The notes: a model not told the origin generated them from the letters alone. Positions 20,096-28,534 are shown, counted from the stretch's first letter. The stretch: 64,000 bases of DNA from Dehalococcoidia bacterium (GCA_034421995.1 DAOUJY010000047.1:39125-103124); one strand, 5' to 3'. Program-made: numbers and translations.

Positions 20096-21346
20096 TCACA
20101 CAGCCGGCAGTCCAAAGTCCTGTATCGCCAGGTCCGACAGGTATTCGCCGATGGCCAGCGAGGAGGTCGCCCCCGGCGACGGCGCGTTGAGCACGTGGAG
20201 CGCGTGCTGGCCCCGCAGGATGTGAAAGTCGTCCAGTATGGCCCCCGACTTAGACACCGCCTGGGCGCGGACGCCGCTGCCGCCCGGTTCCAGGTCCTCC
20301 GGGCGTATCTCCGGTATCAGCTTCTTGAGGTCGTTGACGAACACCGACTTGCGGTAGGAGCGGTTCATCTCCTGCATACCGGTCTTCCAGTGCTTCGCCG
20401 TCATCTTCCAGAAGCCGGGGAAGGTCAGCGCGCCGGCCGTTTCGCCCAGATTGATGTTGCTCTTCTGATAGCCTTCCCGCGCCCACGCCAGCACCGCGTT
20501 GGGGCCGGCCTCAACGTAGCCGTGGATGTTCCGGGTGTAATGCACCCCCAGGAACGGGAAGCGTGGGTCGGGCACCGGATAGATCAGTCCCTTCACCAGG
20601 CCCTCGCTGGACTCGGCCAGCTTGTAGTACTCGCCGCGGAAGGGGATGATGCGCACGTCGGTCTGCTCGCCCATCATGGCGGCGAGGCGGTCGGCGTAAA
20701 GGCCGCCGCAGTTGACCACGTGCCTGGCCTGCAACGCGCCCCGCTGGGTTTCCAGCGCGGTGCCGGTGGCGGTCTGGCGCGCGCCGGTCACCGCCGCGCC
20801 GGTGAAGATATCGCCGCCGGCGGATTGGAACTTGCCGGCATAGGCGTTGGCGACGCGCACGTAATCGACAATGCCGGTGTGGGGCGCCCACAAGGCCCGC
20901 ACTCCGTAGGTGTGCGGCTCAATCTCCGCCAACCGTTCCGGTCCCACCATCTCCAGGTCGGGAACGCCGTTGGCCGTGCCGCGCTCATACAGATCATCCA
21001 GCCGCCCCAGCTCGCTCTCGTCGGTGGCGACGATCACCTTGCCGCACGGATCGTACTCGATCTCGTTCTCGTCGCAGAACTCAATCAGCCGCTGCTTGCC
21101 GCCCACGCAGAACGTGGATTTCCAAGAGCCGGGCCGGTAGTAGATGCCAGAGTGGATCACGCCGCTGTTGTGCCCGGTCTGGTGCTGGGCCAGCTGCTCC
21201 TCTTTCTCGATGACCGCGATGCTCAAATCCGGCGAGCGTTCCAGCAACTGCATCGCCGTGGACAGCCCGATGATGCCGCCGCCCACGATAGCCACGTCGT
21301 ACTGCCGCGTTTCCACCGAAGTGGAGCCGTTTCCCGGTGCCGACAT
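20096..21346 (-). CDS. lhgO: FAD-dependent L-2-hydroxyglutarate oxidase-like oxidoreductase
   Basis: YDVAIVGGGIIGLSTA dinucleotide fold and LhgO-like length. ATG 21346 follows GGAAGG. Confidence 0.8.
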   Translation of the reverse strand: MSAPGNGSTSVETRQYDVAIVGGGIIGLSTAMQLLERSPDLSIAVIEKEEQLAQHQTGHNSGVIHSGIYYRPGSWKSTFCVGGKQRLIEFCDENEIEYDPCGKVIVATDESELGRLDDLYERGTANGVPDLEMVGPERLAEIEPHTYGVRALWAPHTGIVDYVRVANAYAGKFQSAGGDIFTGAAVTGARQTATGTALETQRGALQARHVVNCGGLYADRLAAMMGEQTDVRIIPFRGEYYKLAESSEGLVKGLIYPVPDPRFPFLGVHYTRNIHGYVEAGPNAVLAWAREGYQKSNINLGETAGALTFPGFWKMTAKHWKTGMQEMNRSYRKSVFVNDLKKLIPEIRPEDLEPGGSGVRAQAVSKSGAILDDFHILRGQHALHVLNAPSPGATSSLAIGEYLSDLAIQDFGLPAV

Positions 21347-21369
21347 ATCTCTACCTTCCTGCAAATCAG

Positions 21370-22125
21370 TCAGTTCGCCGGCATCGCCGCCGAATCCTGC
21401 TCCCATTCCGGCGCCGTCTCTCGCAAGCGTTCCGGCAGAGCCTCAACCACGATCAGGGCGATGGCGCCTGCTGCGTCGGGATGGGCCAACACTGCATCTG
21501 CTGAACTCGGCGATGGTACGTGCTCTCCGCCGGTTGCCTTGCCTTCCAGATGGAGGGCTAGGACTTCGCGAGCCATCTCACCGGCTTTCTCAAAAGTACT
21601 GCCGGTGGCGATGCAGCCGGGCAGGTCGGGAAAGCGCACGCCGAAACCGTCGTCGGCTCCTTGGCGTACTAGGGCAGCGTAAGTCCGTTCCGCACTGGTC
21701 GTCGGTATGGGCTTTAGCCCGACGCCGGGGTTGGAGGGTTCCTCCGGCGTCTCATATAACGTCAGCCGTTCCTCCTCGGTAAGAGGATGGCCATATATCT
21801 CGTGGTATTCTTCCGAGGCCAAAAAAGCTTCAAGCTCGGCCTGCGCCTCTTCCTCGGTACGTTCGGGCAGAGCTTCTACTACGATCAGGGCGGTGGCATA
21901 AGAAGCGTCTTCGTAGGCCAACGCTTCATCGGCAGAGCATGGCGACGGGATGTACTCCCCACCGGCGGCCATTCCCTCTAGGTGCAGGGCCAGAGCCTCC
22001 CGCGCCATCTCGCGCGCTTCCTCAAATGTAGTCCCCGCTGTGATGCAGCCGGGCAGGTCGGGAAAGAATACCCCATAATCACTGGTTGCATCCTTCTCAA
22101 CCAGAGCGATGTAAGTTCGTTCCAT
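21370..22125 (-). CDS. hicB: HicB-family antitoxin with two tandem HicB N-terminal domains
   Basis: Two copies of the block ERTY.ALV....D.G..FPDLPGCI..G.TFE.A.EMAREALALHLEG...GGE..PSP.SAD...A......A.ALIVVEALPER. No RHH or HTH segment recognised. Confidence 0.8.
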   Translation of the reverse strand: MERTYIALVEKDATSDYGVFFPDLPGCITAGTTFEEAREMAREALALHLEGMAAGGEYIPSPCSADEALAYEDASYATALIVVEALPERTEEEAQAELEAFLASEEYHEIYGHPLTEEERLTLYETPEEPSNPGVGLKPIPTTSAERTYAALVRQGADDGFGVRFPDLPGCIATGSTFEKAGEMAREVLALHLEGKATGGEHVPSPSSADAVLAHPDAAGAIALIVVEALPERLRETAPEWEQDSAAMPAN

Positions 22126-22136
22126 GGTAGTCTCCC

Positions 22137-22328
22137 CTACCGTCGCAACCTGACGCCGGATTGCTTCTCGATGCTGATTATCGTTCCTATTTTGAGGTCT
22201 TTTTGCGGGTGCTGCACCGTCGTAGTCCTCGGCTTTGTAGGATGCTTCATCTGATGATGTGAGCCAGCGATTCGATCAACATACCAACCGTCATCTTGCA
22301 GCCTCCGCAAAACCTCCCTGCTGTCCAT
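22137..22328 (-). CDS. hicA: HicA-family mRNA interferase toxin
   Basis: MDSREVLRRLQDDGWYVDRIAGSHHQMKHP... matches the HicA signature. Start could instead be GTG 22343. Confidence 0.85.
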   Translation of the reverse strand: MDSREVLRRLQDDGWYVDRIAGSHHQMKHPTKPRTTTVQHPQKDLKIGTIISIEKQSGVRLRR

Positions 22329-22362
22329 GCCGGCATTATACACGGAGGTTGAGAGGCAGTTG

Positions 22363-22788
22363 TCATGTGGATAAAGCTAGATCTGCGTCATCTCCCGACG
22401 CTTCCTGCCGCTGCCACCAGGGCGGCGCCGGATAATCCTCCCGCCGTCCGGTGTCGCCGTACTGGATGTAGAAATCGCGGCGGTCGTGATAAAGCTGCGC
22501 CCGGTTCAGCACCACCTCCCGGTCGTCATCCTCGTCGTCCAGGACGCCCTTGATGGTGTCGGCATCCGCCATAAACCAGTACTTGTAATCACCGACAAAC
22601 AGGTAAACAGTCGGCCGCCGGAAGAAATACCCGTTGAAAGCCTCCCCGTCGAGCATCCGCTGGCACACCGCCTGCATCAGCCCCCGCTCGCCGTCCTTCT
22701 ACAGCAACACGTACTCGTGTGGCCAGGTATCGCGGTAGGTTACGGCCTCACGCCAGGGAGCGGCGGCGATTAGTTCGGTGAGTTTCAT
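22363..22788 (-). pseudogene. Conserved-looking ORF interrupted by an in-frame TAG (codon 30)
   Basis: MKLTELIAAAPWREAVTYRDTWPHEYVLL*KDGERGLMQAVCQRMLDG.... The TAG is at 22699-22701. ATGA overlap with the upstream ORF stop. Confidence 0.55.
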
Positions 22789-23767
22789 TCGGTCGCCTCC
22801 GGGTCATGGTCAGGCGTTTCGGCATCGTCATCGGAAATTTCCGCGGGCCGCGCTTCAGTCATTATCCGCTCTAGGTGAGGCTGGATGACTTCCTTGAGCC
22901 TGAGCAGATTGCTGGCCATCCACTCTCTGGTTTCCTCGTGCTGTTCTTCGGTATCGTCCAGCGATGCTTTCGTTTTCAGGGCGATCCAGTGCTGCCCATC
23001 GTGCCACTCAATAGTTGCATCTCTCAACTCACGATCAATTTCCGCACGCTGTTTGTGCAACGCATCATAGACAGTTTGAGCATCTTCGCCGAAAGCTCCA
23101 AAGTACGCCCGCGCTTCACCTACATCTTCGAGTCCCAGCGAGTAGATATGAGGCGGATGCCCCGTCTGAAATGCCTCCACCTGCCTCGCCATCCTCCTCT
23201 GCTTACCGGAGGCAAACCGGCTCTCCGCAATTGCTCAACCACAGGTCGGTAAAAATTGGCGTATGCCGTATTCGCGCTGACGGGTCCATCACCAACACGC
23301 CGGGATGCTGAAGAAGGCTTTGCCACGCATCGCCAATCAGTCGCCCTGGAATCGCCAATACGCCAAACGGTCAGTTTCACGCCGTAGGCTTCAATGCCTT
23401 TTTCTTCATTGAGCCAGTCAAGCATTCGTCGGTGCCATTTTGAGAACCCGCTTGCCACCCAAATCAGAACACGAGCTTCACGGCTTGCCGCGTAACCTAT
23501 CAACCTTGCAAAATGATCATCGTCTGATCTTTCCAGTTGGTTCTCAATGATCACCTTTGCGTCGTTCTCTTTGTCTTTTGCCAAGATATCTACGCGTCCG
23601 GCGTCCCGAAGGATCGATTCAATTTCAATCAACTCCAAGTCCATGCCCACAACTTCGCTCAGCAGATGCAAGTTCTCTGCCAGCCAAGGCGTAAAGTTCC
23701 TCTCTTCATGCGCCCAAACCTTCCGTAGCGGCTCTTGCTCCAGTTTCCCAAGTTCCGGTATCGTCAT
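22785..23767 (-). pseudogene. DUF4268/PD-(D/E)XK-like paralog split by a frameshift
   Basis: The N-terminal part (23767-23120) and the C-terminal part (23192-22785) are in different frames. Together they are collinear with the intact 13446-14426 paralog. Confidence 0.65.
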
Positions 23768-23787
23768 TTTGCAATCTCCTTCTTGGG

Positions 23788-24135
23788 TCAAGCTAGCAGC
23801 GCATCCAGCACCCGCTGGCATTGGCGGAAGCTGTTTCTAACCAAGTGGTCAGCGAGGTGGACGCGGTAGAAGTACCGATGCAACGCCTCGCCATTACCGA
23901 AAAGCCGCCCCAAGTTCGCGCTTGGAATATGCGAGTCTAATACCGGCACCACCCGTTTTATCTCAAAGTGCGAATTCAGACTTGCTGACGTGTACCGCGG
24001 CGCGATGTGTTTGATGGCGTGTACTACGGCTCCCCACATCATTTCGGCGGCGGTCAGAAGGTCGTTTCGCCCAAGCTCCTGTTCTGCTTTGCGTCGGCAG
24101 CGCAGAGAAAGCGCATAGTGGTCGGGCGGGCTCAT
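23788..24135 (-). CDS. Helical protein, PaREP1/HEPN-like (tentative)
   Basis: Pattern A..MMWGAVVHAIK ... SH ... LHRYFYRVH. An R-x5-H is present. ATGA overlap with the upstream paralog-like ORF. Confidence 0.45.
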   Translation of the reverse strand: MSPPDHYALSLRCRRKAEQELGRNDLLTAAEMMWGAVVHAIKHIAPRYTSASLNSHFEIKRVVPVLDSHIPSANLGRLFGNGEALHRYFYRVHLADHLVRNSFRQCQRVLDALLA

Positions 24136-24497
24136 TCTGTCGTCGCCAGCAGGTCGATTATGAACGAGTGTATCACCGGCGTATAGAACGCCACGTCATC
24201 CAAGTCCAACAGGTCCCCATCACTGTTGGCCTGAAATTCCAGGGTGATTAGGTAGCCTCCCATGAGTCCGTGGCCGGGGTCGATCTGCTCGTCCAATCTG
24301 TCGATGAACGGTTCCACATCCTCGTATTCGGAGGACGCCAGCTTGTGCCCATGCGCCAGCGCAGCCTGCCGGATTGCCGCCTCGGTAGCCTTCCATAGGA
24401 ACGTTGACGCCTCGCCATGCTTGCCCCGCAGCAGGCTCAGGTCGGCGCGGTCCAGCAGCGACTGGATGTTTTCGGGGATGATGCTTTTGGCGGTCAT
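24132..24497 (-). CDS. Helical protein, PaREP1/HEPN-like (tentative)
   Basis: Pattern GKHGEASTFLWKATEAAIRQAALAHGHK. Similar helix layout to the downstream ORF. Confidence 0.4.
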   Translation of the reverse strand: MTAKSIIPENIQSLLDRADLSLLRGKHGEASTFLWKATEAAIRQAALAHGHKLASSEYEDVEPFIDRLDEQIDPGHGLMGGYLITLEFQANSDGDLLDLDDVAFYTPVIHSFIIDLLATTE

Positions 24498-24503
24498 GGT
24501 TAT

Positions 24504-25349
24504 CTAATCCTCCGGCGCGGCCACCGCAATGACGGCAACGCCGGCCCGCGTCGCCCGCTCCCGTTCCGCGTCCGGGATTTCGCCGCCCACCACGATGGCA
24601 TTGCATTGGGCGCCGGTTGCCGTTGCCAAAGTCCGGGCGCGGCGGGCGGCGCGATTCACGTCGGTGTTGCTTACCGTGACACCGATTTCAATGACTGCGT
24701 AGGCGTTTTGCCCCGCCGCGTTCCGGCCGGCCAGGATGATGTCGGAAGCCAGCAGGTCTTCGTATTCATCATCGGTGATAGTGTCAGCATCGCTCAATAA
24801 AGTCAGGAACGCGGCGTCCGTTTCGTCCCAATCGGTATGCAACACTTGTGCCTGCGACAATCCGATGGTGCGGCTGGGCCGGCGGCGGATTATCCTGGCA
24901 ACCCGGCGTTCGTAGCGAGTTCCGGCGATGTTGCCCACCCGACTGTTGGTTTCGTTGAGGGTTCTTGACATGGCGTCAGTGCGGTCAACCAGCATTGCCA
25001 GCATTTCTTTTATGGCGGAGATTTCGCCGTTGATGCCAGCGATTTCGCCGTTGATGCTAGCGATTTCGCGGTCGGTGTTGGCTTGCGCTTCGGCTTGAGC
25101 GTCCAGCCTCTCGGTGTGGTTGTTCAGTATGTCCGTGTGAGTATCCAGCCTCCCGTTAATAGCCCGCAACTCTTGGGCTATGTTGTCGCGGGTTGCGGTC
25201 AACTCGGCAACGACGTTTTCCAGGAGCGCGCGCGTGGACTCATCGGACTCGAGCATCCGCTGCTTGATGCGCTCCAAATCTTCCTCATGGCGCGCCAGCG
25301 TCGCCTGCATCGCGGCAATTTCGTCGTGGGGTGATTGCATCGTGGACAT
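24504..25349 (-). CDS. Coiled-coil protein with a C-terminal globular domain (possibly restriction-endonuclease-like)
   Basis: Heptad-type repeats (REIASINGEIAGINGEISAI). C-terminus ...SDIILAGR...YAVIEIGVT.... Start taken at ATG 25349; the upstream MIIRPY comes from a REP. Confidence 0.55.
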   Translation of the reverse strand: MSTMQSPHDEIAAMQATLARHEEDLERIKQRMLESDESTRALLENVVAELTATRDNIAQELRAINGRLDTHTDILNNHTERLDAQAEAQANTDREIASINGEIAGINGEISAIKEMLAMLVDRTDAMSRTLNETNSRVGNIAGTRYERRVARIIRRRPSRTIGLSQAQVLHTDWDETDAAFLTLLSDADTITDDEYEDLLASDIILAGRNAAGQNAYAVIEIGVTVSNTDVNRAARRARTLATATGAQCNAIVVGGEIPDAERERATRAGVAVIAVAAPED

Positions 25350-25379
25350 CAAGCATTTCCTGATCGCGGGGTCAACGGC

Positions 25380-25407
25380 GTAGGGGCGAATAATCATTCG
25401 CCCCTAC
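25380..25407. repeat. REP-like palindrome family P2
   Basis: gtaggggcgaataatcattcgcccctac, between two minus-strand genes. Confidence 0.8.
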
Positions 25408-25433
25408 ATTTTACCAACCGCTTTGCAGCGGGA

Positions 25434-27767
25434 TTACCCGCCGTTCTGTTCCCACAGCGCTTCCAGCACCGCGCCGGGGTTCATGGGCAGGTTCTGCATT
25501 CGCACGCCGGTGGCATCGTGGATGGCGTTGGCGATGGCGGCCATGGGCGGGACGATGGGAACTTCGCCGACGCCGCGCACGCCGTAGGGATGCCCGGGAT
25601 TGGGCACTTCCACCACCACGGTGTCGATCATCGGCAGGTCCAGCGCCGTGGGCATCCGGTAGTCCAGGAAGCTGGAGTTCTGCAACTGGGCGTCGTCGTT
25701 GAAGTAGTACTCTTCGTTCAGCGCCCAGCCAATGCCCTGGACGGCGCCGCCCTGGATCTGCCCTTCCACGTAGGAAGGATGGATGGCGGTGCCAGCGTCC
25801 TGGAGGGCGGTGTAGCGCAGGATGTCCACCTTGCCGGTCTCCTCGTCCACCGCCACGTCGGCGATGTGCAGCGCGTAAGCGCCGCCGACGCCGGTGGGCG
25901 ACACGTTGGCCCGCCCGACGATGGGGCCGCCGGTGCCGTTGAGCCGGGACGCCAGTTCCCGGAAGGTGAACCGCAGTTCCGGCTCCGACTTGTGCTGGAT
26001 CACGCCGTTGTCGAATTCCACGTTCTCGGGGTCGATGTCCCAGATGCGGGCGGCGCGGTTGATCATCTGCTGCTTCACGTCCTGGGCCGCCTCATAAGAA
26101 GCCCAGCCGGTCTTGAAGGCGACGCCGCTGCCGCCGGTCATGGAAGTCCAGCCGATGGAGTTGGTGTCGCCCACCGCCGGCGCAACGTCCTCGGCAGCGA
26201 TGCCCAGCACCTCGGCCACGTGCATGGCGGCCACGGCGCGGGTGCCGCCGATGTCCGGCGAACCCTCCACCAGGCTCACGGTGCCGTCGGCCAACACGCT
26301 GACGATGGCGCTGGCCGGGCCGGTGCCGTTGAACCAGAAACCGCCGGCGACGCCGCGACCAACCTTTTTGCCCTCGGCCTCCGGCGAACGGTCGATGGGG
26401 GAGTTCCAGTGGTCATGTTCCCGCAATGCCTGCACCGTTTCCAGCCAGCCGATGCTGCCGAACTGCGGCCCGGTGACGCGGCGGTCCCCTTGCTTGGCGC
26501 CGTTGAGCGTGCGGAAGTCCAGCTTGTCCATCCCGATCCGTTCGCAGATTTCGTCCACCACGGTCTCAACGGCGAAGCACGCCGCCGGCGAGCCGGGGGC
26601 GCGGTAGGCCGCCGTCTTGGGGTGGTTCAGCACCACGTCGGCTGCCTCGACCTTCCCGTTGGTGATGTTGTAGCAGGAGAGAGCGCACTGCGCGCCGGGG
26701 TTGACTGGCGAACCGGGATACGCGCCGGCTTCGTAGTACAGGGCCACGTCGGCGGCGGTGATCCTGCCGTCGTTGGTGGCGCCCATCTTCACCCTCATGT
26801 ACCCGCCGGAGGTGGGGCCGGTGCCCTCGAACACCTCGATGCGAGACATCTGGATCTTCACCGGGCGACCCGTCTTGCGGGACAATACCGCCGCCACCGG
26901 CTCCAGATAGACCAAAGTCTTGCCGCCGAACCCACCGCCGATCTCCAGCTGGGTCACCAGCACCTTGGACACCGGAATGCCCATGATGGTCGAGGTCTGG
27001 TCGCGGACGTTGAAGTGTCCCTGGCTGCTGCACCAGAGATGCAACGTGTCGTCGGCGTTCCACAGGGCGGTGGCCGCGTGGGGTTCAATGTAGCCCTGGT
27101 GGACGGCCTTGGTGCGGAACTCGCGCTCGATCACCACGTCGGCGGCGGCGAAGCCGGCCTCAATGTCGCCGATCTCGTAGAAATAGCGGTTGGGCACGTT
27201 GCCCACCTTGCCGGCATCGTCTGCTCCCAGCAGCCCGCCGGGCCGGACGTTGGGGTCGTTCACATTGGCCAGGCGCTCGTGAACCAGGGGCGCGTCGTCG
27301 CGCATGGCCTCCAGCACGTCGGTTACCGGCTCCAGAACCTCGTAATCAACGTCGATGAGGGCCAGAGCCAGCTCGGCTTCGTGAGGGCTGTCGGCGGCGA
27401 CGGCGGCGATGGCGTGGCCCTTGTAGAGGGCTTTCTCCGCGGCGAGACAGTTGTTGCTGAGGAACTTGGGGTTGATCATCGCCCCTTCGCCCAGGTCAAG
27501 CAACCGTCCGCCCGACTGGGGCAGGTCGGCGGAGGTCACGACGGCATGAACGCCGGGCATGGCCTCGGCCTTGCTGGTGTCGATACCCCTGATGCGGGCG
27601 TGAGCGTGGGGACTGCGCAGGATCTTGGCGTGGAGCATCCCCGGCAGGTGAATGTCGGCCCCGTACTGCGCCCGTCCGGTGACCTTGTCGGTCCCGTCGT
27701 GGCGTATGGGGCGGCTGCCGATGACGCTGTAGCCTTGAGTAGCGGCGGATTGCTGAGTGGTGGTCAT
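25434..27767 (-). CDS. Molybdopterin-binding large subunit of the xanthine dehydrogenase / aldehyde oxidase / CoxL family
   Basis: ~777 aa. N-terminus IGSRPIRHDGTDKVTGRAQYGAD. ATG 27767 lies 5 nt after GAGGTG. Confidence 0.9.
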   Translation of the reverse strand: MTTTQQSAATQGYSVIGSRPIRHDGTDKVTGRAQYGADIHLPGMLHAKILRSPHAHARIRGIDTSKAEAMPGVHAVVTSADLPQSGGRLLDLGEGAMINPKFLSNNCLAAEKALYKGHAIAAVAADSPHEAELALALIDVDYEVLEPVTDVLEAMRDDAPLVHERLANVNDPNVRPGGLLGADDAGKVGNVPNRYFYEIGDIEAGFAAADVVIEREFRTKAVHQGYIEPHAATALWNADDTLHLWCSSQGHFNVRDQTSTIMGIPVSKVLVTQLEIGGGFGGKTLVYLEPVAAVLSRKTGRPVKIQMSRIEVFEGTGPTSGGYMRVKMGATNDGRITAADVALYYEAGAYPGSPVNPGAQCALSCYNITNGKVEAADVVLNHPKTAAYRAPGSPAACFAVETVVDEICERIGMDKLDFRTLNGAKQGDRRVTGPQFGSIGWLETVQALREHDHWNSPIDRSPEAEGKKVGRGVAGGFWFNGTGPASAIVSVLADGTVSLVEGSPDIGGTRAVAAMHVAEVLGIAAEDVAPAVGDTNSIGWTSMTGGSGVAFKTGWASYEAAQDVKQQMINRAARIWDIDPENVEFDNGVIQHKSEPELRFTFRELASRLNGTGGPIVGRANVSPTGVGGAYALHIADVAVDEETGKVDILRYTALQDAGTAIHPSYVEGQIQGGAVQGIGWALNEEYYFNDDAQLQNSSFLDYRMPTALDLPMIDTVVVEVPNPGHPYGVRGVGEVPIVPPMAAIANAIHDATGVRMQNLPMNPGAVLEALWEQNGG

Positions 27768-27919
27768 GGGTTCACCTCGCAATGGTAGCGGCGGGCATGG
27801 CGTGATGCGTCATATTACCATATGGGCAGCAGACAGTTGCGATCGCTAGTTGATAAATGAGAACGTCAAGGGCGACGGCGAACCGCCCTTGCCGTCACCG
27901 CCATGACTTCCTGCATCCC

Positions 27920-28534
27920 TCATGGGCGTTGGCTCAAATCCAGGGCCACGGCGTAGCGTGGGTCAGCGATTGGCCGGCCCGGGGCCGGCACCTCAAGAAA
28001 GGTGATGCTGTCGTAGAAATCGTCTAGGGCGATGAACTTGCCATTTTCCTCCGCCCATTCCCGCATTCGGCGGCTGCAACTGTGTCGCCAGGACAGGATC
28101 TCAATGCGCCAGCCTCGCCGATGCATCCGCTCAAGATCGGCGTGGAAACCTACGCCGTCGTCAAATCCAGCTCCGTCTCCAGTGAGCAAGACCACGATAC
28201 CCGGTGTCCCGTTGTAGTCCACCGTATCGCGGAGCATGGCGGTCTGCAAGGCTTGATCGACACCGATCTCACGGCCATGCAAAGCGCCTCGTTCCTGCAA
28301 CTGCACCGTGACGCCTTCGTTTTCAATCCTATTCCAAACGTGACGCAATTCCGGAGGCACGGAGCCCACAGCGATAGCTCGCTGAATCTCGCGCCCTCCA
28401 TGAGCCAGCTCCATGAGGTTGGGGAAATGGATTCGCGCCCGCGAGCGGGCTTCCTCACCTTCCGTATCCGCTGCCACCTGCTGTGCGCTAATAAAAATGT
28501 TGGAGTTGTCCCAATAGATGAAAACCTTATCCAT
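27920..28534 (-). CDS. NYN (LabA/PIN-like) domain protein
   Basis: IYWDNSNI... and VLLTGDGAGF acidic motifs typical of NYN domains. Confidence 0.75.
   Translation of the reverse strand: MDKVFIYWDNSNIFISAQQVAADTEGEEARSRARIHFPNLMELAHGGREIQRAIAVGSVPPELRHVWNRIENEGVTVQLQERGALHGREIGVDQALQTAMLRDTVDYNGTPGIVVLLTGDGAGFDDGVGFHADLERMHRRGWRIEILSWRHSCSRRMREWAEENGKFIALDDFYDSITFLEVPAPGRPIADPRYAVALDLSQRP

Noticed and set aside
22329-22365. Promoter for a leaderless hicA (TATAAT 7 nt before the ATG, possible TGACAA -35 with a 19-nt spacer).
   Set aside because: The -35 is weak and the spacer is long, and there is no supporting data. It is mentioned under the HicAB finding only as a possibility.
22699-22701. 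Recoding of the TAG (pyrrolysine or programmed read-through).
   Set aside because: No pyl genes or recoding signals are visible in the window. Neighbouring genes are also disrupted, so a plain nonsense mutation is the simpler explanation.
25335-27788. 817-aa ORF on the plus strand. Similar long ORFs in the track: 4134-5486(-), 15953-17602(+), 20195-21682(+), 28675-29751(-), 38308-39969(-), 39737-41008(-), 41447-42895(-), 59978-61189(+), 33242-34525(-), 34628-35602(-).
   Set aside because: Each lies antisense to a gene with strong family signatures. Their products are low-complexity and rich in Gly/Ala/Arg/His/Val. These are typical shadow ORFs of high-GC DNA.
27867-27891. Hairpin caagggcg-N9-cgcccttg after the NYN gene, as a possible terminator.
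   Set aside because: The stem is real but no U-tract follows on either strand. It is not called as a terminator.
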